A stretch of DNA of 43,835 nucleotides from Alphaproteobacteria bacterium (lineage in GTDB: Bacteria; Pseudomonadota; Alphaproteobacteria; Geminicoccales; Geminicoccaceae): assembly GCA_026984595.1 (NCBI GenBank), contig JALSRW010000405.1, positions 1 through 43,835 of the forward strand. Direction: 5' to 3'. A program made the translations under genes and the position numbers. Shown here in pieces: positions 28,801-37,822 of this stretch; positions within the stretch are counted from its first letter, which is position 1, and the number at the start of each line of letters is the position of its first letter. A model generated the notes under the pieces. It did not search any database. It saw nothing but the letters and a program-made list of their open reading frames with translations, and was not told the DNA's origin.

Positions 28801-31800
28801 ATGCCCAAGGAGACGTTTCGCGCGCGTCTGGGGCTCGCCGCGGACGGGAAGACGCCGCCGGCCACCGAGCCGCCGGGCCGTGCGCTGGCCGAGGCGTTCG
28901 CCGCGGCGCTGCCGCCGGGGCTGAAGGTGCCGACGGCCTTGCCGGGAGCGCCTGCGCCGCTCGACCTGCCGCCGGTGACGGTGGCGCCCTCCGAGCTGGG
29001 GAACCGCGCCTATTACGGCAACCCGCGGGAAGGGCTGACGCCGGATCTGCCGCGGCTGCCGGCCTTCGCGCCGAAGGTGACGATCAAGGATTACGATACG
29101 TCCACCCCGGCGGGGTTGAGGGCGATGCAGGCGGACGAGACCGCCGGCGTGCCGGGGCCGGTGGCGAAGCCGATGCCGCCGGAGACGCCGGTCGATCTGG
29201 CGCTGAACCTGGCCACCCTGCAGGCCGGCAAGGGCGAGAAGACGCCGAAGGCGATGGCCCAGGCGGACGTGTACGCCATCGATCGGAACGCGGCGCGCGA
29301 GCGCGGCATGTCGCTGAAGGCCTGGCGCGAGGCCACCGGGCCGCGCACAGGCCCGCTGGCGCGGGCCGGCAAGGATGTGGCCGCCGGGGCGCTGGCCACT
29401 TGGCAGGGCATGACCGGCTACCTGGCGCGCCTGGCCGGCGGCGATCCGCGCCTGCGTTCGCTGCAGGCCGACATGGGCGCGAAGGTGGCGGATCTGATGC
29501 CGGCCGATCCCAATTTCTTCGACGATCTGGCGGCGGGCTTCGGCTCCACCGCGGCCTTCTTCGTGCCCGGCGTCGGCATCGTGCGCGGCGCGCAGGCCTT
29601 CGCGCAGACGGCGCCGCGCATGGCCCTGTGGCTCGGCGCCGGGGCGGCCGGCGGCATGGAGGCGGCGGCCGAGGCCGGCGGGGTTTACGAGCGGCTGCTG
29701 GCCGAGGGCAAAAGCCCGGAGGAGGCGGCCGCCATGGCCGACAGGGTGTTCTGGGCCAACACCGCGCTGGTGACGCTCACGGACCGCTACGGCCTGTTCG
29801 CGGAGAAGGGCGGCCAGGTCCTGCGCCGCGCGCTCGGCGCGGTGAACGAGGGCATGCTGCAGGAAGGGCCGCAGCAGATCGTCTCCAACCTGGCCACCGG
29901 TCGCCCGTGGTACGAGGGCGTGCCCCGCTCGGTGGCCATCGGCGGCATCGTCGGCGGCGGCCTGGCCGGCTCGGTGCGCTCGCCGCAGGCGCGGCTCGGC
30001 GCGGCGCTTGACCAGGCGGTGGACGAGCGGCAATTGCCGGACGCCGAGGCCATGGCCCGGCAGGCCCTGATGCCGGAGCGGGCCGCCGCCGTGACGGCGG
30101 GGCGTCCCGGCGTGGCCGGCCAGGCCCGGTCGCCGGGCGTCGAACCGGGCGGCGCTTCCCGGGAAACGCCGCTTCCCGCCACTGCGCCGGCGGCGCCGCT
30201 TTTCTCTCGCGAATCGCCGCCGAACGGCTATACTGCGGTACATGGACGAGACGAAACCCAACAGGATCGTGACCCTGCAGCCGCGCCCGGAAGATTGGGA
30301 ACGGGTGCGCCGGGAAGTGTGCTCCCGAATGCAGCCGGCCGTGCCGGGCACGCCGGTGACGGACGAGGAGGCCATGACTCTGCCGCAGCCCAAAATGATG
30401 ACGGAAGAGGAGTTCCGGCGGCTGAAGGCGAAATTCAGGTCGATGATCTAGACGCCCAGGCCTTCGTCGCCGGCCTCACCCCGCAGGAACTGCAAAACCC
30501 CAACATCGTCGCCTACGCCAGGCAGGAGTGGCGAGCCCGAGGCTGGGACTCGCCCTTCTTCCGCAAGTGGTTCGGCGATGGCTATTTCCGCCAGCCCGAC
30601 GGCGAGCCGCAGATCATGTATCACGGCACGCCGGCGGTGTTCGAGGCCTTCGACAAGGCGAAGATCGGGGCGAGCGGCCACGCCGCCTCCGGCCTCGGCT
30701 TCTTCCTCACCACCAACCGCGACCAGGCCGATCACTACCGCGACGGCGGCCAGGTGATGGAACTGGTCACCAACATCCGCAATCCCTACCGCATGAGCCT
30801 CGCCGAGTTCGCCGGCTTCGAGTCGGTCGAACAGGCCCGGGCGCGGGCCGCCGAGCTGCAGGCGCAGGGTTACGACGGAATCTATGTCGAGACGCCGAAG
30901 GTGCCGGGCGAGCGGCCACAGACCTACGTGATCGCCTTCGAGCCGACGCAGATCAAGAGCGTGGACAATCGCGACACCTTCGACGCGGCGGCCGACAACA
31001 TCTATCTCTCCCGCCAGCGGCCTCCCGGGCGGCAGACGGCCGCCGCGCAGCAGCAAAGCCCCGCGCAAGCGGGGCTTTCCGTCTCCGCGGTCGAGAAAAT
31101 CATCGCCGGCGTGATCCTGAAGTGGGGCGGCAACGCGCCGCGGGTGCAGGTGGTCGCCAGCATGGCGGATCTGCCGGCGCACGTGCAGGCCCAGGCCGAT
31201 GCCCAGGAGGGCATCGGCACCGTGCAGGGCGTGCACGATCCGGAAACGAACGCCATCTACCTGGTGGCGTCGGGCCTGCGGGATCGCACGGCGGTCCTGC
31301 GCACCCTGGCTCACGAAGCCGTGGGCCATTACGGCCTCGAGGCGATCCTCGGCCGCCGTCTCGACAGCGTGCTCGAACGGGTCCAGTGGCTGCGCAAGCA
31401 GGGCGATCCTGTCATCGTGCGCCTCGCCGCGGCGGTGGACGCCGCCTACGGCGAGCTGTCTCCCCATACGCAGGCGCGCGAAATCATCGCCCGCCTGGCG
31501 GAAGAGGGCGTGCGCCATCCGCTGCTGGTGCGCCTGCTCGATGCGCTGCGCGCCTTCCTGCGCAAGCTGGGCTTTTCGATCCGCTTCTCGGTCGCCGATC
31601 TGCGCGCCATGCTCGTGAAGGCCGCCCGCCATCTCGAGTCGGACCGGCCGTCGGCCGCCCAGCGGACGCGGATCGATGAGCGGATGTTTTCGCGCGGAAC
31701 CCGCTTCAGCGAGGTGCCGGTGCCGCCGCGCACGGCGCGCTGGATGGGCTTCGAGGGACCGATCCGCCTGTTCGCGGACTTCGCCGCCCTGCAGCGGCGT

Positions 31801-34800
31801 CACGCGGAATACTACCGCTCGGCGGACGAGGTGAGAAAGGATGTCGAATACGTGCTGGCGAGCCCCGACGACTGGTTCCCGCATGCGGACGGGCGGATCA
31901 CGATCTTCCGGCAGGGCGCAGGCGGGGTGCCTTCGCTGAGGATCGACTTCCGGTTCGAGCGAAAGGGCATGGGCGGTTACCGGATCGTGTCCGTCTATCC
32001 GATGACGCGCCGGTCGATCGCCGGGAAGATGAAAAAGAAGAGTGGGGACCTGGGCCGGGACGGACGCATCTCAGAGCGTATCGTGAGCAGCATGAAACCC
32101 GGATACCTCTCCATTGCCGAGTACCTCGGCGAGGCACAGGGAAACGGGTCTTCGGCTCCTGCCTCCCCCTCCGGGGAAGCTCACCAGGCCCCGGCGGAAA
32201 ATATAGCCGCCGATCCGGCGGGGCGCAACGGTGAAGGGGTTTCCCGGGAAACGGCGGAAGCGAATCGCCGCGATGTGCAGGTGCCGGTGAAGGATAGTTC
32301 CGTGCCTGAAAAAAACAAGGCGCGCGAGACGGGCAAGGGCGGGAACGGACCGTCGTTCTCGCGCGCCGAGCCGGAAATGCTCGACGCGCTCGAGACCGCC
32401 GCGCAGGAAACGCTGCGCGATCGCGCCGGCGTGGCCCTGGATCGGCTCAAGGCCGAGTCCTACGGGCTGCTCACCCGCCAGATGCTGGCCGACGTGGGCA
32501 AGGGGGTGCTGCCGCAGATCGGAACATACGTGAAGATCGCTTCGCAGATGGATGCGGATCGCAACGCCCTGCTCAATGAGGCCGGCGAGCTGGCCAACCG
32601 CTGGGTGGCCTTCCTCTCGCAGGACCGCGAGGCGGCCAATCGTCTGGCCGGCCTGATGCACGAGGCCACCGTGGCCGGGGTGGATCCGAGCGAGGACTAT
32701 GCGCCGGTGATCGACATCGCCGAGGGCCGCAGGAAGGTGGCCATCCTCAAGCAGAAGGCGCGGGGCCGCGGCGGCGAGGGCACGGCGAAGTTCCTGCAGG
32801 AAATCGAGGAAACCCTGGCCACCATGCGTTTCGAGGAAGGCCGGCGCGAGGCCTGGCCGGCGCTGCGCCGCCGCTACGAGGCGCTGCCCGCCGAGGCCAA
32901 GGCCCTGTTCGCGGCCGTGCGCGACATGTACCGCCAGCGCTTCGAGGCCACTCAGCAGGCCCTGCAGGAGCGGATCGACCGGGCCGAGCTGTCGGCCAGC
33001 GAGCAGCGGGCGCTGAAGGCGAAGCTGCGCCAGCATTTCGAGAAGGTCACCGTCCAGGGGCCCTACTTCCCGCTGGCCCGCTTCGGCGAGTTCTGGGTGA
33101 GCGCGAAGAAGGGCGAGGGCGAGGGCGCCGAGACGCGCTTCTACATGTTCGAGGGCAGCGATCAGCAGCGCCGCCAGGCCGCCGCGCTGCGCCGGGCCGG
33201 CTACAAGGTCACCGTCGGAAAGAAGCTCGAGAACGCCCCGGCCCTGCAGGGCGCCAGCGCGGGCTTCGTGGCGGACGTGGTCGACATCATCGAAAAGACC
33301 GGCGGCAGCGGCACCATCGCGGAGAAGGTCAAGGACGAGATCTACCAGCTCTACCTCTCCACGTTGCCGGATCTGTCGCTGCGCAAGCGCTTCATCCATC
33401 GCAAGAAAACGAAAGGCTACAGCCAGGACGCGCTGCGGGCCTTCGCCCGCGACATGTTCCACGGCGCCCATCAGCTCGCCAGGCTGCGCCATGCCGACAA
33501 GCTCGAGACGCTGCTCGAAAACATGCGCGAGTCGGTGCCGGCGTCGTCCGATCCGAACAAGGCGGCCGACATCTTCAACGAGCTGCAGAAGCGCCACCAA
33601 TGGTTGATGAACCCGCAGAGCCACTGGCTGGCCCAGTTCCTCACCAGCGCCGGGTTCGTCTTCTATCTCGGCCTCACTCCGGCCGCGGCGCTGGTCAACA
33701 CGTTGCAGACGCCGCTGGTGGCGTTTCCGGTGCTGGGCGCCGAGTTCGGCATGGGCAAGGCCTTCCGGGCGCTGGAGAAGGCCGGCCGGGACTATTTCGC
33801 CGGCGGCATGGACATCGAGGCCGCCCTGAGCGACGAGGAGCGTCGCGCCTACCAGGTGCTGGTGGACGCGGGGGTCATCGAAAAGACCCTGGCGCACGAC
33901 CTCGCCGGTCTGTCCGAAACGCCGTCGTCCATCTATTCCACGCGCGCGGCGAAGGCCATGCAGGTGGTGACCTTCCTGTTCCATCGCGCCGAAGTCTTCA
34001 ACCGCCAGGTGACGGCCATGGCGGCCTACCGGCTGGCCAGGGCAAGCGGTCTGGGCGTGGAGGCGGCCGTCGACAAGGCCCGCGAGCTGACCCTGGAGAG
34101 CCACTTCGAGTACAGCAACGCCAACCGCGCCCGTTTCATGCAGAGCAACGGCGCCAAGGTGCTGCTGCTGTTCAAGCAGTACAGCCTCAACATGGCCTGG
34201 CTGCTGGGTCGCAACCTGCAGCTCGCCACCGCCCCGGCCCGCGCCGGGGCCCGCAACGCGCTGGCCCGGGCAACCGGCATCGAGGCGCTGCGCAAGCAGG
34301 TGGACGTGGACGTCGAAACCGCCCGCCTGGCCCGGCGCAAGCTGGCCGGGATCCTGTTCATGACGGCGCTGGCCGGCGGGATGAACGCCATGCCGTTGCT
34401 GTGGCTGGTCGAGCTGGTGCTCGAAGCGCTGTTCGACGACGAGGACGACCCCTGGTCGTTCGAAACCGAGGTGCGCAACTTCCTCTACGATCATCTCGGC
34501 GCCAGGGCGGCCGACGCCGTGTACCGCGGCCCGGTCGAGGCGTTGACCGGCGTCGGGATCAGCGATCGGATCAGCCTGAACGAGCTGTTCTTCCGCAGCC
34601 CGGATCGGGATCTCGAGGGCAAGGCCGCCGCCGACTACTGGCTGGAACAGCTCGCCGGCCCGGTCGCGGCCATCGGCGTCAACACCTGGCGCGGCACGCA
34701 ACTGGTGCGCGAGGGGCATCTGTACCGCGGCATCGAGGCGATGATGCCCAAGGTCGCGAAAGACGCCATGAAGGCCTGGCGCTACGCGAGCGAGGGCCTG

Positions 34801-35190
34801 CAGAACCTGCGCGGCGACGTGCTGATCGGCGAGCTCTCGCCCTACGAGATCGGCCTGCAGGCCAGCGGCTTCACGCCCGGCCGGGTGGCGAAGCGCTACG
34901 ACGCCAACCGCGCCTTTTACAACTACGACGACCGGATCGCGAAACGCCGGGCCCGCCTCGTCAACCGCTGGGCGATGGCCATGATGACCGGAGACGGCGA
35001 CGGGATCCGCGAAGCCCTGGCCGCCATCCAGCGCTTCAACGGCAAGAACCCGTCGTTCCGGATCGGCCAGGAACATCTGAAAGGCTCCCTGAAGCGGCGC
35101 CTGCAGTATTCCACGCGCAACCGGGGCGGCGTCTACGTGACGAAACGCAACCTCGGCACGCTGAACCGGATCCGGTTCGCCAACGAATAG
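28801..35190 (+). CDS. Giant polyvalent virion/ejection protein (2129 aa): ART-like, HExxH metallopeptidase-like and PLxRFG domains
   Basis: ART-like MYHGTPAVFEAF...GLGFFLTT...GYDGIYVE...PTQIKS (nt about 30480-30960). TLAHEAVGHYG (HExxH at 31312-31329). YFPLARFGEFW (33070-33087). C-terminal TM segments. The reading frame actually opens at GTG 28705 but contains a TAG at 28786-28788. Confidence 0.85.
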   Translation: MPKETFRARLGLAADGKTPPATEPPGRALAEAFAAALPPGLKVPTALPGAPAPLDLPPVTVAPSELGNRAYYGNPREGLTPDLPRLPAFAPKVTIKDYDTSTPAGLRAMQADETAGVPGPVAKPMPPETPVDLALNLATLQAGKGEKTPKAMAQADVYAIDRNAARERGMSLKAWREATGPRTGPLARAGKDVAAGALATWQGMTGYLARLAGGDPRLRSLQADMGAKVADLMPADPNFFDDLAAGFGSTAAFFVPGVGIVRGAQAFAQTAPRMALWLGAGAAGGMEAAAEAGGVYERLLAEGKSPEEAAAMADRVFWANTALVTLTDRYGLFAEKGGQVLRRALGAVNEGMLQEGPQQIVSNLATGRPWYEGVPRSVAIGGIVGGGLAGSVRSPQARLGAALDQAVDERQLPDAEAMARQALMPERAAAVTAGRPGVAGQARSPGVEPGGASRETPLPATAPAAPLFSRESPPNGYTAVHGRDETQQDRDPAAAPGRLGTGAPGSVLPNAAGRAGHAGDGRGGHDSAAAQNDDGRGVPAAEGEIQVDDLDAQAFVAGLTPQELQNPNIVAYARQEWRARGWDSPFFRKWFGDGYFRQPDGEPQIMYHGTPAVFEAFDKAKIGASGHAASGLGFFLTTNRDQADHYRDGGQVMELVTNIRNPYRMSLAEFAGFESVEQARARAAELQAQGYDGIYVETPKVPGERPQTYVIAFEPTQIKSVDNRDTFDAAADNIYLSRQRPPGRQTAAAQQQSPAQAGLSVSAVEKIIAGVILKWGGNAPRVQVVASMADLPAHVQAQADAQEGIGTVQGVHDPETNAIYLVASGLRDRTAVLRTLAHEAVGHYGLEAILGRRLDSVLERVQWLRKQGDPVIVRLAAAVDAAYGELSPHTQAREIIARLAEEGVRHPLLVRLLDALRAFLRKLGFSIRFSVADLRAMLVKAARHLESDRPSAAQRTRIDERMFSRGTRFSEVPVPPRTARWMGFEGPIRLFADFAALQRRHAEYYRSADEVRKDVEYVLASPDDWFPHADGRITIFRQGAGGVPSLRIDFRFERKGMGGYRIVSVYPMTRRSIAGKMKKKSGDLGRDGRISERIVSSMKPGYLSIAEYLGEAQGNGSSAPASPSGEAHQAPAENIAADPAGRNGEGVSRETAEANRRDVQVPVKDSSVPEKNKARETGKGGNGPSFSRAEPEMLDALETAAQETLRDRAGVALDRLKAESYGLLTRQMLADVGKGVLPQIGTYVKIASQMDADRNALLNEAGELANRWVAFLSQDREAANRLAGLMHEATVAGVDPSEDYAPVIDIAEGRRKVAILKQKARGRGGEGTAKFLQEIEETLATMRFEEGRREAWPALRRRYEALPAEAKALFAAVRDMYRQRFEATQQALQERIDRAELSASEQRALKAKLRQHFEKVTVQGPYFPLARFGEFWVSAKKGEGEGAETRFYMFEGSDQQRRQAAALRRAGYKVTVGKKLENAPALQGASAGFVADVVDIIEKTGGSGTIAEKVKDEIYQLYLSTLPDLSLRKRFIHRKKTKGYSQDALRAFARDMFHGAHQLARLRHADKLETLLENMRESVPASSDPNKAADIFNELQKRHQWLMNPQSHWLAQFLTSAGFVFYLGLTPAAALVNTLQTPLVAFPVLGAEFGMGKAFRALEKAGRDYFAGGMDIEAALSDEERRAYQVLVDAGVIEKTLAHDLAGLSETPSSIYSTRAAKAMQVVTFLFHRAEVFNRQVTAMAAYRLARASGLGVEAAVDKARELTLESHFEYSNANRARFMQSNGAKVLLLFKQYSLNMAWLLGRNLQLATAPARAGARNALARATGIEALRKQVDVDVETARLARRKLAGILFMTALAGGMNAMPLLWLVELVLEALFDDEDDPWSFETEVRNFLYDHLGARAADAVYRGPVEALTGVGISDRISLNELFFRSPDRDLEGKAAADYWLEQLAGPVAAIGVNTWRGTQLVREGHLYRGIEAMMPKVAKDAMKAWRYASEGLQNLRGDVLIGELSPYEIGLQASGFTPGRVAKRYDANRAFYNYDDRIAKRRARLVNRWAMAMMTGDGDGIREALAAIQRFNGKNPSFRIGQEHLKGSLKRRLQYSTRNRGGVYVTKRNLGTLNRIRFANE
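30242..30451 (+). CDS. Embedded 69-codon ORF in the +1 frame of the giant gene
   Basis: MDETKPNRIVTLQPRPEDWERVRREVCSRMQPAVPGTPVTDEEAMTLPQPKMMTEEEFRRLKAKFRSMI. By hand count, third-position G+C is about 59/69 in this frame versus about 32/71 in the giant-gene frame over the same nucleotides. TATACT (30229-30234) lies 7 nt upstream of the ATG. Confidence 0.5.
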   Translation: MDETKPNRIVTLQPRPEDWERVRREVCSRMQPAVPGTPVTDEEAMTLPQPKMMTEEEFRRLKAKFRSMI

Positions 35191-35198
35191 GAGGACAC

Positions 35199-37253
35199 AT
35201 GGCCCAGCCCACACCCTACGATCCGACCACCGACTTCAGCCAGGAGGAAGCCAACGCCGTCGCCGGGCGCAGCACCGTGCGCACCGCCGCACTCGACGCC
35301 GAGCTGTCGGCCATCGCGCTCACCCTGAGCCAGGTGCTCGCCAACCTGGCGCTCCTGCAGCGCGACGACACGAAAGTCGCCAACGAGATCATTCACCCCG
35401 ATTCGCTGGATCCCAACACCAAGGCGTTGATGACGGGGAAGTGGAATCCGCGCGGCGCCTGGTCGTCGGGGACCGAATACGTCAATGCGGATCTGGTCAC
35501 CATGAACGGCGATAGCTGGGTCTGCGCGGTCGCGCACGTGGCCGCCGCCAGCTTCGCGGCGGACGAGGCGGCCGGTCGCTGGGTGCGGGTGGCCGGCGTC
35601 TCCCATGACGAACTCGGTTCCACGCTCACCGGCGCGGGTGCCTCGCTCGTGGCCATCGAGGACGCCGGCAACCTGTTCGCGGCCGGCGACGTGGAGGCGG
35701 CTCTTGCCGAGATCCTGAGCCGCCTGGCCGCCACCACGACAGGCGATGGCGCCAGCATGGTGGCCATCGAAGATGCCGGCAATCTGTTCACGGCCACGGA
35801 TGTGGAGGCGGCCCTGGCCGAGATCCTCACGCGGCTCGCCTCGGTCTCGGCAGGCGATGGCGCCAGTCTGGTCGGCGTCGAAGATGCCATGGGCTATTTC
35901 ACGGGTGCCAACGTGGAAGAACTGCTGGCCGAGATCGGCGCGCAGCTCGTTCCGGCGTCGACCACGGCCCAGGGCTTCGTGGAGCTGGCGACGGTCGATG
36001 AAGCCGCCGCCGGCACCGATGCCTCGCGGGCGGTGACGGCAGAGGCGCTGGCCGGCGCGTTGTCGATGGATGCGCTGCTCAAGTCGATGGGATTCAACCG
36101 TGAAACGAAGATCCTCGGCCTGGCCCTGTCCAGCGTCAATTTCGGCAAAGCCGTGGCCATCAGCGCCGATGGCATCACGCTGATTCTGGCGCGGAATCAG
36201 CGGATCTACGAATATCGCAAGAGCGGCGGCGGCTGGGCGCAGCAGGCCGAATTCTATGCCACCGATGCGAATATCGGCTATGTGAGCGATGTGGCCGTCA
36301 GCGCGGACGGCAACACCGTGGTCGTCGGCTATTACACCGCGAACGATGGCTCGAACATGGGCGTCGCCTATGTGTTCGTGCGCTCGGGCGGCGGCTGGTC
36401 CCAGCAGGCGAAGTTGTCGGCCAGCGACGGTCTCGGTGCCTATTTCGGAGAACGAGTCGCGATTTCCGCCGATGGCGACACGGTCGCTTGCGGATCGAGA
36501 TTGACCGACTATTCGACGACGACCGATACGGGTGCCGTCTATGTCTACTCGCGTACCGGAACCACATGGACTGAGCAGGCCATCCTGAAAGATTCGTTTC
36601 TGTCAGCCTATGACTACTTCGGTAGCGATGTCGCCCTCTCGGCAGACGGGAACGTGCTCGCAGTCGGGGTGCCGGGCAGAGCCTATACCACGAACGCCGA
36701 TCAGGGACAGGTCTGGGTGTACGAGCGCAGCGGCACGGCATGGTCCGGGCCGACGTATGTCACCGCGAGCGACGGCGCGGCCGGAGACCAGCTCGGTTCC
36801 TCGGTGACCCTCTCGGCCGATGGCCAGACGCTGGCGGCCGGGGCGCCCTATGCCGATCCCAGCGAAACGGATCGCGGGGCGGTCTACGTTTTCACCCGGA
36901 ATCAATCGGGCTGGTATCAGCGGCAGAAGCTGACCTCATATCCTGGCGATCTGTATTTCGGCAAGCGCGTCGCCCTGTCCGCCGATGGCCGGCATCTCGT
37001 GTCGACCAGCAGCGGAGCACCGGTCAACGGTGTCAGCGGCGTGGGCAAGGTCTACTGGCACCGTCTACAGTATGGGTCGTGGACGGAAAAACGGAAGTTC
37101 GCGGCCGCCGATGCGGCTACGGGGGACGCCGGCTACGGCGACAAGCTCGCGATCACGCCCGCAGGGCACATCGTCGTCATCGGCGCGCCCGGGTTCGACG
37201 AAACGTACGGGGATCAGGGCGCGGTCTATGTTCATGAAAAAACGGTATTTTGA
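35199..37253 (+). CDS. Tail fibre / receptor-binding protein with three 37-aa repeats and a 7-blade FG-GAP-like beta-propeller
   Basis: GGAGGA upstream. N-terminus MAQPTPYDPTTDFSQEEANAV. Seven repeats of ..(A/T)(I/L/V)SADG...G......G.VYV(F/Y).R.G..W.Q in the C-terminal half. Confidence 0.8.
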   Translation: MAQPTPYDPTTDFSQEEANAVAGRSTVRTAALDAELSAIALTLSQVLANLALLQRDDTKVANEIIHPDSLDPNTKALMTGKWNPRGAWSSGTEYVNADLVTMNGDSWVCAVAHVAAASFAADEAAGRWVRVAGVSHDELGSTLTGAGASLVAIEDAGNLFAAGDVEAALAEILSRLAATTTGDGASMVAIEDAGNLFTATDVEAALAEILTRLASVSAGDGASLVGVEDAMGYFTGANVEELLAEIGAQLVPASTTAQGFVELATVDEAAAGTDASRAVTAEALAGALSMDALLKSMGFNRETKILGLALSSVNFGKAVAISADGITLILARNQRIYEYRKSGGGWAQQAEFYATDANIGYVSDVAVSADGNTVVVGYYTANDGSNMGVAYVFVRSGGGWSQQAKLSASDGLGAYFGERVAISADGDTVACGSRLTDYSTTTDTGAVYVYSRTGTTWTEQAILKDSFLSAYDYFGSDVALSADGNVLAVGVPGRAYTTNADQGQVWVYERSGTAWSGPTYVTASDGAAGDQLGSSVTLSADGQTLAAGAPYADPSETDRGAVYVFTRNQSGWYQRQKLTSYPGDLYFGKRVALSADGRHLVSTSSGAPVNGVSGVGKVYWHRLQYGSWTEKRKFAAADAATGDAGYGDKLAITPAGHIVVIGAPGFDETYGDQGAVYVHEKTVF
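35631..35963 (+). repeat. Three tandem 111-bp coding repeats in the tail fibre gene
   Basis: Units start at 35631, 35742 and 35853. They encode G(A/D)GAS.VAIEDAGNLF.A.DVEAALAEIL.RLA. The third copy is diverged. Confidence 0.85.
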
Positions 37254-37255
37254 TT

Positions 37256-37801
37256 ATGAGTCGATTCAATTTGGCGATTGATACCGTCCTCGAACACGAG
37301 GGCGGCTACGTGAACGATCCGGACGATCCCGGGGGCGCCACCAATTTCGGCATCAGCCTGCGCTATCTTCGCAAGGCCGGCGAGCTGGACGGAGAACTGA
37401 TCGGCGACATCGACGCCGATGGCGACGTGGACATCGACGACATCCGCGCCATGTCGCGCGAGGATGCCGAACACATCTACAAGGTGATGTGGTGGGACCG
37501 TCATCGCTATGCCCGCATCCGGGACCAGGCACTGGCGACGAAGGTCTTCGACCTGGCCGTGAACATGGGCGCGCGCCAGGCGCACCGCCTGCTGCAGCGG
37601 GCCTGCCGCGCCGCCGGCCGGCCGCTCGTCGAAGACGGCATCATCGGCCGCAACACGCTGGCGGCTGTCAACGGCCTCGATGCCGAGGTCCTGCTCGCCG
37701 CCCTGCGCAGCGAGGCCGCGGGATTTTATCGCGTCCTCATCGCCAGGGATCCCGTGCGCAAGAAATGGGAAACCGGCTGGTTGCGCCGGGCCTATTCGTA
37801 A
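37256..37801 (+). CDS. Endolysin, glycoside hydrolase family 108 with C-terminal peptidoglycan-binding region
   Basis: TVLEHEGGYVNDPDDPGGATNFGIS is the GH108 signature. Contains an inserted Asp-rich stretch GDIDADGDVDIDDI. Confidence 0.88.
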   Translation: MSRFNLAIDTVLEHEGGYVNDPDDPGGATNFGISLRYLRKAGELDGELIGDIDADGDVDIDDIRAMSREDAEHIYKVMWWDRHRYARIRDQALATKVFDLAVNMGARQAHRLLQRACRAAGRPLVEDGIIGRNTLAAVNGLDAEVLLAALRSEAAGFYRVLIARDPVRKKWETGWLRRAYS

Positions 37802-37822
37802 ACGAGTAACGAGGAACGACGC

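Noticed and set aside
32071-35214. 1047-aa minus-strand ORF opposite the giant virion gene
   Set aside because: Shadow frame with low-complexity composition. The plus strand carries recognisable domains (PLxRFG etc.).
35631-35963. Tandem repeats as a possible CRISPR or noncoding array
   Set aside because: The 111-bp units are in frame within the tail fibre gene, have no spacers, and encode a conserved 37-aa peptide repeat.
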